DNA from: Octopus vulgaris
Lineage: Eukaryota
NCBI GenBank assembly: GCA_951406725.2
Contig: OX597825.1
Location: 58,776,001 to 58,840,000 of the forward strand
DNA: 64,000 nucleotides
Direction: 5' to 3'
Positions 11,412 through 24,089 of this stretch are shown here, one piece after another; within the stretch, counting starts at the first letter, position 1; each line of letters opens with the position of its first letter. The position numbers and the translations under genes were made by a program. The notes under the pieces were generated by a model. The model did not search any database and was not told the origin of the DNA. It was given only the letters and a program-made list of their open reading frames with translations.

Positions 11412-11825
11412 ATGTCCGAGACCATCATTTATGAAGCCACCGTGGATTCTATATCCACTAAGGACACGGTTTCGACGAAGAAATGCGTGGGCCTTGCAGA
11501 GGGTAATTTCAAGGCCAGGTTCAATAATCACACCTTGAGCTTCAGGCACGGAGATAAAAGGAAAACGACCAAATTATCCAGTTATATATGGTCCTTAAGA
11601 GATAATGGTGTCAGTTACAATAGCCATTGGAAGATCTTAGCCAAGTGTAAACCCTACACTAATGGCAGTGGAAAGTGCGGTCTTTGTGATATGGAAAGAT
11701 GGCTCATCTGGAAAAGCAGCTTAGACCCCACTACATGTCTAAATTCAAGAACTGAACTTTTTGGATCATGTCCATACGTGGCTAAATATTTGTTACGTTT
11801 TTGGTCCCCGCGAGATCACAGATAG
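11412..11825 (+). pseudogene. Penelope-like element GIY-YIG endonuclease domain (5'-truncated, frame intact)
   Basis: IIYEATV...CVGLAEGNFKARFNNHTLSF...TKLSSYIWSL...KCGLCDMER...LNSRTELFGSCP. Confidence 0.92.
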
Positions 11826-12750
11826 AACTTGCTTTTTATATTGTGTCCACGTACAAGCTTTTTATCTCTCTATACTTTTTACTTATATTTCTTATATATT
11901 TTTTTACATAGTTTTTATATGTTGATAGAGATATATTTTTTATATTTTTATTGCTTATATATTTTTTACACATTTTTTCTGTATTTTACCTTCCACCCTG
12001 CATATTTTTCTTGTGCATGTGCGTATATAGACGTGTATATGAAATTTTTTGTGCGCGCGTGTGTGTGTGCGGGTATGTATATACATTATATATTTTTTTG
12101 GTGTACGTGTGAGTGCGCATGTAATACTTTAACTGAGTGTGGATGAGCATATGCATATAGGCACATGTACGTGGGTGTGCGTGCGCGCATGTGTATGTAT
12201 GGACATGCTCGCATACGCGATTGCTATGAGCATTTTTACTTTATATATTTTTATTGCTTTATATATCTTTACAAATTTTTCTCGTTTTTACCTTTCACCC
12301 TGGATTTTTCCTGTGCATGTGCGTATATTGACGTGTATAGGAATCTTTTCTGTGCGCGTGCGTGTGTGTAGGTATATTTTTTGACGTATGTGTGGGTGCA
12401 CATGTGTGTGTTTGACGCGAGCGTGGATGAGCATATGCATATAGGCACATGTACGTGGTGTGCGGGCGCGCATGTGTATGTATGGACATGCGCGCTTACG
12501 CGATGGCTATGAGCTTTTTTACACCTTTACCTTTTACTCCCTCCCCTTATTTAGCGGTCATTCTAATAGCTCTTTTGTCTTAATAACGGTCAATCACATA
12601 GTAATTTCCCTTTGTTTAACGGTCATTTTCATAGCATTTTTTTGATGGCCGGATAACTGAAGAGATGCCGGTGCGGATTTCCACTCCGAAATCTGAAACT
12701 CGGAGTTTTATCATGGCTACCGAATAACTGTCACATATTATATTTACAGA
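11826..12750 (+). mobile_element. 3' UTR / pseudo-LTR of the same Penelope-like element, with a ~300-bp internal tandem duplication
   Basis: About 11985-12285 is repeated at about 12287-12530. It ends in a hammerhead motif, and the terminal catggctaccgaataa.tgtcacatatt recurs at 20261. Confidence 0.7.
12646..12719 (+). ncRNA. Type I hammerhead ribozyme-like motif (Penelope-associated)
   Basis: gataa-CTGAAGA-gat...atc-t-GAAA-ctc-g-gag-TT-ttatc. Stem I extends via tggccg/tggcta; stem III is short and palindromic. Confidence 0.7.
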
Positions 12751-12819
12751 TATATGTATATATGTATACAATCATGGAATTGAAAGAGGCGTGATCGAAG
12801 TTACACAGTATAAACCATG

Positions 12820-12892
<73 letters not shown>

Positions 12893-14803
12893 CATCAAGG
12901 GATTCTCCCTAAAATTGAATGTTTGAAAGTAAAGTGGAGAATTTGAATTCTTTATTCCAAATGTGGCTCATCTCTACAAATGTTCAGATATATATATATG
13001 TATGTAGCATTGGAATGTTCTAGCTTTACGTATATATATGTATTTACATTATTTACATTTGACAGATATATATGTATGTATGTATGTAAGTATGTATGTA
13101 CGTGTATATGTGTATATATATGTGTGTGTATGCATATATATGTATGTATATGTATATATACATATATATTTTCGTTTTATTTACTGATTGATTTTTCAAA
13201 TTGTTAATTTGCAAATATTATACTAATGTATTTTCATACAGAACTACACTTTATCAAAAAATTCCCTCCAAAAATGAATGTTTGGAAGGGGTATATTCTA
13301 AATATAACTCAAAGAGGAAAAAAAGAAAGAAAGGAGGAAAAATAAAAAGAGAGGAAGAGGGGAAAGAGGGAAGAGAGAAAGAAAGCAAAATGACTTTTAG
13401 TGATGTCCAAACCACACCTGTTTTTATTTTTAAAAAATTTTTTTATTCTTTGCATATATTTTTATTTGTTTATTTTGAAGAGATCACCATCCTTAAACCC
13501 ATTCCAATATGATGGTAAAGGACTAGTAAATGGATAAATGAATGAATGGTGAATAGGAAGGTAGATACCCCTTCTCTCTCTCTCTTTCTCTCTATTTATC
13601 TGTCCATCTGTCTGACTATCTATTTATCTATCCTCACCCCTACCAAAAAAAAACCAACAATATTCTCTTCTAAACAAAACCCCCAAAAAGCATCTATTGT
13701 ATATAAATGAACAAGCTGTTTGTACACTCACATAATTTTATTTGACAGGTTCTAGAAAAGAACAAAATCACTAATAATAATAAAGAAATAAAAGGATTTT
13801 TTTCTGAAATTCTAATGACGTTTTTTTCTCATATGTACAATTGTGTATGTTACAACTAATGAAATATTTCGCACAATGAATTAAATGAATTAAAAATTGA
13901 TTGGTATGTATCACTGTGTCTTTCTTATGGGCTCGCTCCCCATTACTTAAGAAAATAGCAAATGCTTCACCAGCCAATTTTGTAACACTCTCTTGTATTT
14001 AGTTGTTTTTCTCCAGTTCATTCTAACAAACCTCTCACTCTGTGTATCTTACGATATGATATACTACAAGCAGGACCCATGGACATTCATGTTTTATAAA
14101 TGATTTATTTATTCCTCTTTTGATGCATAAATTTATTGATCTTCATAAAACTATTTCATTGTTGATGACTTCGATTATGTCTTTGATCCCGTTGAATAGT
14201 TGAGGCTTATTGTGAAAGCATTCAAACTTGTTTTGATATGTTAAACACTTCGATTTCATGTTATAGTTAATGTTGGTAAACACGGGACAAATAAACTAAT
14301 ACTATAATAGATGTTTCCTAGAATCCAGCAAAAATAGTCAGAAGGAAAAAAAGTAACAGAAAAAAGTCACTGAAAAATATCACAGGTAAAAAAATCACCA
14401 AAAAAATTGTCAGAAAAATTTGTGTTGCTCAAATGGGAGAACCACAAGATTGGAATATTATTCATCTTTGTCACCAGCATTAAAAATATTGAATATACAT
14501 GTAATGTTATAATATGAATCTTTCCTGTTTGGCTGCCACTTTTCAATTTCTTCGATTTTTGTTTCAATTGATTTCATATTAGGTGCAATGATGTAGTTAT
14601 GTTTGCTAATCATTGATGTGAAATTCATATTCATCATAAATCAAGAAATAAAGAGTTGATAGCTTTTAAAGTTTGCAAATTTAGGGTAATTTTTGCCAAT
14701 ATTAAGCCACAGACACATTCATGCCTGTTTCCATAGTAACAAGCCAAACATGAGAACTCCTTTGTCTGTGAGAAAGCACATATGTTCATTATTTACATTA
14801 TTT

Positions 14804-14842
14804 ACATTTCTGCTGATATACCCTCCAGCCTTCATCAGGTGT
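14804..14842 (-). ncRNA. Hammerhead-like core remnant
   Basis: Minus strand cCTGATGA-aggctg-gagggtatat-cagca-GAAA-tg; stems I and III are not recoverable. Confidence 0.4.
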
Positions 14843-14902
14843 CCCAGTGGAATTTTGAACCCAACCCTGGGATCTCATTCCTCAGGTATTTTTTGCTGAT
14901 GT

Positions 14903-14951
14903 TATTATTATTATTGTTGTTGTTGTTGTTATTTTTATTATTATAATAATA

Positions 14952-15029
<78 letters not shown>

Positions 15030-15030
15030 T
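14903..15030. repeat. (TTA)n microsatellite
   Basis: Direct inspection. Confidence 0.97.
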
Positions 15031-15807
15031 ATTCAAGGCACTGCCTTGAATTGAACTTGCAATCTTGGGGCTGGATAAATAATAATAATAATAACATCAG
15101 CAAAAATATAGAACAGCACATATGTTAACAAATATATTCTATGCGAAACCATGTGCTGTGTTCTGCTGCTTCTACCTATCAGTTGCTTGTACCCTGGTCG
15201 TAAGATGTGCTAAAAATAATTGCTAAATAGGCCTTAAATCACGCCTCCTCCCCAATTTTTATTTGGTAGGATGCATAATCATATGAAATTGTATGAATTC
15301 CCATGTGTAGAATATAAATATGTAAAAATTTTCTGAAAATTCCAAAAAATAAATAAGTTATGAGAGGTTATATGTCGTGCATAAAGCAGAATTTGATTTA
15401 TTTACTTTCATATTAAAACATGATATTTCCAGAATGTCGGCAACTCATGTAGTCACACACAAATTTACAGCTTCCAAATCCTGTTTTCTGATTGGGTAAA
15501 AATGATGAAACTTATTAATTTTTAAAAGAAATATCTCTGGAGAAAGTTAAATATCCCCTGAAATTCAGAAAATTACATCAATACACAAACTTTTAAAATT
15601 TTCACAAGACTTTGAAATTTCCACAGATGCAACCAAACAGAAAAGATCCTACAGTCAATTTAAGTTAAATTTACTCTCATCGGTAGGTTTGGGTTGCAGA
15701 ACTTTTATGGCTTCATTTCAACTTAGTGTTTGAAATTCACTTGATGTCAAAATGGTTCTCTGTTTGTTGTCTATTATTTAACATTGTGTCTCAGTGATGT
15801 AAATTAA

Positions 15808-16175
15808 GGTAGCAGAATGGCTCAGTTGTTAGAGCATCAGACCAAATGCTTCATGGTATTTGACTTGACTTTCTGCATTCTGAGTTCAAACCCACTTAGA
15901 CTAACTTTGCTTGCCATCCTTTCAGGGGTCTATAAAAAGGTACCAATGTGAGATAGTAGTATGGTGGAACTGGAATATGTCAGCAGTTGTTTTGGCTCTC
16001 TGTGTTCTGAGTCCAAACCCTACTGATGTTGACTTTACCTTTCATCCTTTCAGGATCAATAAAAACATACCAGTCCAAGGTGGTGAACTGGTGGAGCTAT
16101 AAGAACATCAGACCAGATGCCTAGCAGTGCATGTTTTGGTTCTTTCCTTTCTGAGTTCAAATTCCACCTTGACTT
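15808..16175 (+). mobile_element. Three old tandem SINE family B fragments
   Basis: Repeated ttctgagttcaaa and gactttacctttcatcctttcagg motifs. Confidence 0.7.
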
Positions 16176-16980
16176 ACTTTGGTTGTAGACTTAACAAGTC
16201 ACCCTGTTTAACAACACACCCTAGTACCTTGAGGTACCTTTACTGAAGTCCACTCTGTTGCAAGCATTTGGGCCAGGAATCTACTTTAAGGATACCTTCC
16301 TTCCTGCTTCTTACCAGTCTCAAAGGCCCTGTAAGGGATCATAGGTACTGCCATTCCCTCCTAACTAAAAGGTCTAAAAAATTGTGATTAGAGCCATCTG
16401 TAACCTAGATATTGAACAAAATTCATTTTATCTCATTAATGGCATTGTTGTGGCTTTTACATCGTGATAAGCTTTTCATTTAGTTAACAATAAGTAAATT
16501 ACTGTAAAACACATTAAATACAACATATGGAGTCTCTAAAGATCAGTTTTTTTAATTACTGTGTCAATTAAGTGCACAAATGCAACAAGCAACAGCTATC
16601 AGCTATCAAAGGTGGTGGATCTGATTTTAAAATGTACATCACTCCTTTGTTGTTTTGTTGCTGTAGTTATTTAGCCTCAGGTTAGCTTGGATTGAACAGA
16701 ACTATGATTAAAGACTTTCTATTCTAATTGTGACCATACCACCTTTTTTTTTTTTTACTTAAGACTACATTGTCCAATGTGTTTTTCATTTTCAAGAGAG
16801 TAGATTTGATATGAATTATTTTAGCTGTTATTTCTTGCAACTTGAGTAACCAAAGAAAACAAAAAGAAAGCAAAAACCGGAGGAGAAAGTTTACAGTGAT
16901 CTCTAAACAAAGACTATTGGGAATTCACAAACTGAGGTAGGTTTCACAATATGAATAAGACCTTTTAACATAACGCAATG

Positions 16981-17184
16981 CTATATTTTCTGCTATACAA
17001 GTCAGCATAGTATATAGTATAAATATTCAAATGTTGTAATTTTTTTTCCAAATCTTGCTGCCTTTCACATAAAATATTTGGTCCTCCAAAGTTGTCTTAG
17101 AGTATAAGTCAACCTAAATTGGATGGTGGGGGGCCTCTAAATTTTGGTCTGGAAAATTCAACCTGTATACCAGAAATGATGGTA
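16981..17184. mobile_element. Degenerate pogo-like MITE
   Basis: Decayed ends tattttctgctatacaagtc / acctgtataccagaaatgatggta with internal gtataagtcaacc. Confidence 0.35.
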
Positions 17185-17887
17185 CACAAGCCAGTGGTTG
17201 GGGCTGTGAAGTTAAGGAAGTTCACTTTGCAATCATCTGGTTACAAGTCTGATTCTGCTGCAAGTCAACCAATACCTAGAGAATGAAATTTGGTAGAAGG
17301 AAACTTCTTGATAATTCTTGATAATTCATTTAATTTTCAGTTGAGAATATTTTAGCTGTAAGTTATTACTGGTACATATAGAATATCAATGGCTATTACC
17401 TTATATTTTTATATTTGGCTGTCTAAGGAAATCCATTTATGAAATTCCTTCCTAATCCATTTCCTTCATCTGTGTGAGTTTTATTCTCTCCAAATTCATT
17501 GATTCCTAAATATTGGTAGGTTTGTAGTCTAATTCATTTACATCTGTTTCATATAATTGTTCTAAATATGAAAGTGTTCTAAATTTTCCCCACAAAAATG
17601 CTTTGGTGCCTTCATCAGTCTGATGAAGATGAGCAAACTTCAAACTTTTCCTTGTTGAAGTTTAATAAAAATGTATCCTACTAAACAAAAAAGGGTTAAT
17701 TAATCATCATCGTCATCATGATTGCATAATGCATGAAAGTATTATTATAAAATTGTAAAAATTACTAATAATAAAACGTGAATATCAGACTAAGTTGGAA
17801 TTTCATTAATTACTATTTTGTTTGATACAATCATACATACATGCATGCATACATACATGCATACATACATACATACATACACACATA

Positions 17888-18094
17888 CAGCCATTCAAGA
17901 ATTTGGACCTGGAGATCTCCATTTCCAGTGACTTCGAGGGCCACCTCCCAGTGGTGTCGGGTGTCAACGAAGAGCCCTCGACTACAACAAGATGACCTAA
18001 GTTTTTTTCCAAGGTCTGGGGTCTCCCGCCCCTAAGCCCTAGACCATCACCTAATCACCCTTACCCGTCTTGTTGCTTAACAACAACAACAACT
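17888..18094 (+). mobile_element. 3' end of a non-LTR retroelement with (CAA)n tail, inserted in (TACA)n
   Basis: GC-rich insert ending ttaacaacaacaacaac and flanked by (TACA)n. Confidence 0.55.
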
Positions 18095-18119
18095 ACACAC
18101 ATACATACATACATCAAGG

Positions 18120-18410
18120 GAACAGCCTGGCAGTCCATCAGTTACAATGACAAGGGTTCTAGTTGATACAATCAATGGAACAGCCTGCTCATGAAATTAA
18201 CATGCAAGTGGCTGAGAGATTCAGCATGACATAGAGTATGACAAGGCTGACCCTTTGAAATACAGGTACTACACATTTTTGCCAGTTGAGTGGACGGAAA
18301 CAACATGAAATAAAGTGTCTTGTCCAAGGACACAGTGCATCACCAGGAATTGAACTCACAATTGCAAGGTTGTGAACCAAATACCCTAACCACTAAACCA
18401 TATGCCTTCA
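18120..18410 (-). mobile_element. SINE family C-type copy
   Basis: Minus strand aggcatatggtttagtggttaggg...gtgagttcaattcc...gtgtccttggacaagacac. Confidence 0.8.
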
Positions 18411-18422
18411 CCTATATTTGTA

Positions 18423-18458
<36 letters not shown>

Positions 18459-18602
18459 CATATACAACCTTTATCTCTATTCATAGAAGGGTATCACATT
18501 ATTTATCTATTTATTTAGAGAAAACGTATGTATGTATGTATATATGTATGTAGGTAGGTTGGTAGGTAGATAAGTAAATAGGTAGGTATGTGTGTGTGTG
18601 CA

Positions 18603-18643
<41 letters not shown>

Positions 18644-19290
18644 ATGTGTATGTGTGAGTGTGTATATGTTTCTGCCTTTTTGCCTTGACATCACATGAAA
18701 GTCGTAAAAGGGTGTCAGTGTCATATAAGCAGTGTTGTTCATTTTCAAAATTCTGCGAGAATGTCTGGCAATTGAGGGAATATTACCTTACTTGGAAACA
18801 GGAAAGGCATCTGGCCAGGGAAAAAATCTACCTCAATGAACTCCATTTGCCCCATTTGGAAAAGTGAACAATAAAATGATGATGATGATGAGGAGGAGGA
18901 GGAGGAGGAGGAGGAGAATGGTGGTGGTGGTCATAGTGATGTATATTTTTTTTATTGTGCAACTTGTAAAGTGTCATGTAAAGTGTCTGTTTTGTATCAA
19001 ATCCCTAATCAATCCTTCTCCTTGCTTTTGTCTTTTGTATATTTTTTTTTGTCTTCTTGTGTTTTTGTCATTTCATGTTCTTGTGTACCCCTTCCTTAGT
19101 TTTATGACTTAGTCTGCTGTAATTGAATGTAATTCGGTGAAAATGAATAAAATTGAATGAAATTACCTTCTGTGGCTAAATAAAGAAAAGAATTTTACCA
19201 TGATGATCATGACCATCATCATAAAATACCCACCACCATCATAACCATCATCATCATTGTCACCACCACCACCACTACCACACCACCACC

Positions 19291-19358
<68 letters not shown>

Positions 19359-19793
19359 TTATACCTTTCTTGTTTCTATTTCGAATTCTCTTAATGAAAT
19401 ATTTCAAATTAGATAATATTCTAATCAATAAAAATTTGTTTATTTATTGTTTTTAGTAATAGATTGATAGTCTAATTAAGGCAGATGGAATTATTAATGT
19501 TGGTTATCTTTAACTATTACTGATAGTGTAATTAGAAATAATTAGCAAATTAGCATTGGCAGTGACATCATTCACACCCATGAAATTTATTCATATATAT
19601 GATACAATATCATGTGACACAGTCACGTGCAAATGGACATATATATATATACATACATACCATACATACATATACACACACACACGCACACACACTCACA
19701 CACATATATATATATATATTCACATATATATATTCACATATATATATTTATGTACATATATATAAACATATATGGACATGCATACATATACAT

Positions 19794-19825
<32 letters not shown>

Positions 19826-19859
19826 TTTTTTTTTTTTCTAGTTTCAGCTCAGAGCTGCG

Positions 19860-19915
<56 letters not shown>

Positions 19916-20358
19916 TATGTGTGTATATATGTACATCATATATGTATTAATAAAAATCAATAAATTTTTTTTAAAATTTTATCAGTGGCCAACATATAAA
20001 GAATAGACCAATTAATGTGAAATCATATATATAATTATAATTAAGGACATAGAAAACATTTCTACCCTATATGCTGAAAGTAGACAGTAAATCATCTCAC
20101 CACATTAAAAATCACAAAATTACACACAGGTTGAAATTGAAGGATCAAGCCAGTGGCAATTCATAACAATATAGGTAGCCCTAGATTAGCTAATCCATGG
20201 CTATCTATAAGTAAAATGGAAAAATTATCAGAAAACCCATTTGTATTCATTTATACATATCATGGCTACCGAATAATTGTCACATATTTACAGATAAATT
20301 CCTCTATTTACATAATATCGAGGTCTCTTTCATTATTTTGTTCTCTTACCATTTGTAT

Positions 20359-20407
<49 letters not shown>

Positions 20408-20671
20408 GTAAACAAGATTCAGCTGAAGAAGGTTGAGACACCTAGTTAGGTTGGAATAAAAAGCACACAGAGCAATTTTTATATGAATACCAACCTTGGT
20501 ACAGAAGTACTGGCAGAATGATATTCTAGTAATGTATGCAGTTGATTTCACCCAATTGGGTATATAATCCTCTCCTGAGCTATTCAGAAATGTACATTTT
20601 ATTAAATATACAGTCCATGATATACTTCAGAAGACATGAGGAGCATGTTCTGAGATTAGTGAATTAAAAAT

Positions 20672-21114
20672 AAATAAGTAACAATTGAAGGACAAGTGTC
20701 AATCCATTACGGCCTTTTCTAATGAAATTTTCAATTGATAAATCAGTGCATTATATCATTATAAATAACAGTTTTCCTTCAGATGAATACATGAATCTTA
20801 AAATCAAGGACATTTAAAAAATGATTTTTTAGAATGATTTAAAAACCACAGCAAATCCCTTTCCACTAAACTGATTAAATGTATATTGTTTTGGGAAGCA
20901 GATTCTGCAACTAAGCTAGTAGCAGAATCACTGAATATGTATGTTACTGGTGGTTTTTAAATAATCTTTTGAAATTATTTTAAATGTCCTTGATTGTAAG
21001 ATTCATGTATCCATCTGAAGAATTTTTTACAATGATTTAATGCATTCATTTATCAATAAAAATTTTTTTTTAAATGGCCGTAATATATTGATATCGGTCC
21101 CTTCAATTGTTACT

Positions 21115-21119
<5 letters not shown>
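20672..21119. repeat. ~450-bp imperfect foldback (arms about 180 bp)
   Basis: aaataagtaacaattgaagg/ccttcaattgttacttattt; attacggcc/ggccgtaat; ttcagatgaatacatgaatctta/taagattcatgtatccatctgaa. Confidence 0.9.
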
Positions 21120-21151
<32 letters not shown>

Positions 21152-21226
21152 CATACATACATATATACATACATGCATACATGCACACATACATACATAC
21201 ATACATACATGTGTGTGTGTACATAT

Positions 21227-21505
21227 GTGGCCAGTGCCGCCTTGATTGGCTTCCATGCCGGTGGCACATAAAAAGCACCATCTGAATGTGGCCAATGCCA
21301 GTGCTGCCTTGACTGGCTTCTGTGCTGGTGGCACGTAAAAAGCAGCCACTACACTCTCGGAGTGGTTGGCATTAGGAAGGGCATCCAGCTGTAGAAACAC
21401 TGCCAGATCAGATTGGGGCCTGGTTCAGACTCCTGGCCTCCTAAATCCCAGTAAAACCATCCAACCCATGCCAGAATGGAAAACGGACATTAAATGATGA
21501 TGATG
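21227..21505 (+). mobile_element. RTE-type 3' tail element ending in (GAT)n
   Basis: ggagtggttggcattaggaagggcatccagctgtagaaac...aaacggacattaaatgatgatg; relatives near 29390, 51880, 53680, 54300 and 55885 (-). Confidence 0.85.
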
Positions 21506-21538
21506 GTAATATATATATATATATATATAAACACCTGT

Positions 21539-21670
21539 GTAGAGTACAGATTTATTATTCATATGCAAGAATGTTGTTGAAAATGACTTCAAAGTTTTCG
21601 GCCACCTAAGCCATTGTCAGAGAGGCACTCAACAACATTCTTTTATAAAAGTAATAAATTTGCTCTCTAC
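21539..21670 (-). repeat. ~130-bp foldback enclosing a degenerate hammerhead core
   Basis: Arms agaatgttgttga/tcaacaacattct, atttatta/taataaat and gtagag/ctctac; the minus-strand loop reads CTGACAA-tggcttaggtggcc-GAAA-actttgaagt-c. Confidence 0.7.
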
Positions 21671-22230
21671 AAAAGTAAAGAGTAAGCCATCATATTAATG
21701 CAAAATTGTTTTTATTATAACTAAACATAAAAACAAGCATTAATATAAATACATGTGTATAACTATATCTATATACATACATATACAATTATATGTATAT
21801 ATATATATGTATATATATATACATATTCATATGTATATAATTAATTATATGCACATTATGGTTTAGGTGTATACTCCCGTGAACTTATGCTGGATTTCAT
21901 ACCTACATAGATCTATATGCATAGCACATGTTCATGAGATCACATGATTCATAAGAAAAGTATATGTATATATTTATGACCCCACAAATCCATGCACCAA
22001 GTTTCGCATCAATAATCTATAAGATCACATAAATGATTATATGCACATACACAATCATTGACAAAACGCATGTTGCAAGGGTGTGTATATGTATGTATGT
22101 CATTGTTCAGTTTTATTTCAAGATTTCTTGCCAATAGAGAAAGAGCCAGTTTCTAACCTAGATCTAAGACTCCTTCATTGGAATTTCAACATCAACAGGG
22201 TATTTTTTCATTTGTATGTATGTATGTATG

Positions 22231-22261
<31 letters not shown>

Positions 22262-22364
22262 ATATATATATATGTATGTATATATCTATCTATTTGTCTA
22301 TGATCTATATCTTTATATATATATAAATATATATATATGCATATATATATATACATACATTTCT

Positions 22365-22825
22365 CGCCACTCCTTGATTCTTCCATCTATCTACTTCTAC
22401 ATACTCTCTCTCTTCTCCCCCTCCTTAAATCCTTTCTTCCTCTTTTTCTCTCTATTCTCTTCTCATGTGACTGTTGGCTGACTGCTAGCCCTTTTTGTGT
22501 TTGACCATGGTCACTGCCACATCGATATTCTTCCCTCTGCCGCAAGGCTTCATTTCCACACACGCCAGCTGAATTCAATTTGTCCCCAGTCGAAAGACGC
22601 CTGTTGTTATGTCCTGTTACTATTATTATTACTGTTTTTTATATTTTTGTATTCATATTCGTGTAACATCGTCTGTTTTTCCGTCCTTGTTTCGTATACA
22701 TTTGATGCTTTCTTCCAAGGAATCTAATGCTCTTAGCTTAGCTTTTCCTTGGGGCTGGCCAGATTGGAGCAATCTCAAGATTAATCTGCCGAAATTGCGA
22801 GGATGATCCGATTCTTGACTGAACA
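22365..22825 (+). mobile_element. Dispersed repeat, possibly a Penelope-type terminal repeat; second copy at about 63370-63670
   Basis: gctttcttccaaggaatctaatgc...ggggctggccagat...gagcaatctcaagattaatc.gccgaaattgcga is shared by both copies. Confidence 0.7.
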
Positions 22826-23200
22826 TAAAAGTCTACATGTATCTATATATTTATAGATATGGGTGTGCTCAAGCATTCCCACATAAGATAATGAAAAAAA
22901 TATTCATCTTTCATGAACGTAATTTCTTGTAAGAATCCAGAGAGATCACAATGAAGATATTCTTATAAGATATTTCCTATGATCTGTGTATTTATATTAA
23001 AATCCTGTTCAGTCTTGTGTAATCTCATGTATTCTCATCCAAAATAAACATGAGTACCAACGTTCTATGTGGCACACTGGAACAATTGTCAAGAGCTCCT
23101 CAATGAAATCATTAGTTGGTTTGTTAAACCACAAATAATGTGTATGTGTGTATATGCATATATATATATATATATTTATTTATTTAAACATACATATATA

Positions 23201-23605
23201 GGCGCAGGAGTGGCTGTGTGGTAAGTAGCTAGCTTACCAACCACATGGTTCCAGGTTCAGTCCCACTGTGTGGCATCTTGGGCAAGTGTCTTCTGCTATA
23301 GCCTCGGGCCGACCAAAGCCTTGTGAGTGGATTTGGTAGATGGAAACTGAAAGAAGCCCGTCGTATATATGTATATATATATATGTGTGTGTATGTTTGT
23401 GTGTCTGTGTTTGTCCCTCCAGCATTGCTTGACAACCGATGCTGGTGTGTTTACGTCCCCGTCACTTAGCGGTTCGGCAAAAAAGACCGATAGAATAAGT
23501 ACTGGACTTACAAAGAATAAGTCCTGGGGTCGATTTGCTCGACTGAAGGCGGTGCTCCAGCATGGCCACAGTCAAATGACTGAAACAAGTAAAAGAGTAA
23601 AAGAG
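23201..23605 (+). mobile_element. Full-length SINE family A
   Basis: tRNA-like head (gtggctgtgtgg, ggttcagtcc), CORE-like cttgggcaagt, internal (TA/TG) tract and (taaaagag)n tail. Confidence 0.95.
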
Positions 23606-23960
23606 TATATATACTATATATATATATATATTCTTTTATTCTTTTATTTGTTTTAGTGGTTAGACTGCAGCCATGCTGGAGCACCACAGCAAAGAAATCG
23701 ACCCCAGGACTTTCTTATGTAGCTGAAACTGGAAAAATCAAAATCAAAATCAAATATCTTTCATCTTTCTTTTATCTTTTACTTGTTTCAGTCATTTGAC
23801 TGCAGCCATGCTGGAGCACTGCCTTGAAGGGTTTTAGTTGAACAAATTGACCCTAGGTACTCTGTTGCCAAACTGCAAAGTTACAGGGACATAAACACAC
23901 CACCACCAGTTGTCAAGTGAAGAAGGGGACAAACACAGACACAGAGACATACACACATAC

Positions 23961-24089
23961 ACATAGATGTATACATATATAAATATAAAGTAGGTACTGC
24001 AAATTTAGGGTGAATATACTCTGTTGCCAAACTACATAGATGTATACATATATAAATATAAAGTAGGTACTGCAAATTTAGGGTGAATA
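23961..24089 (+). repeat. 56-bp direct duplication with a 17-bp templated spacer
   Basis: 23961-24016 equals 24034-24089; the spacer tactctgttgccaaact equals 23858-23874. Confidence 0.92.

Noticed and set aside
11313-11549. Minus-strand ORF spanning the Tc1/Penelope junction as a fusion gene
   Set aside because: It is antisense Penelope sequence joined to mostly out-of-frame Tc1 sequence.
17610-17628. cttcatcag-t-ctgatgaag palindrome containing CTGATGA
   Set aside because: No properly placed GAAA or stems on either strand; only 9-bp arms.
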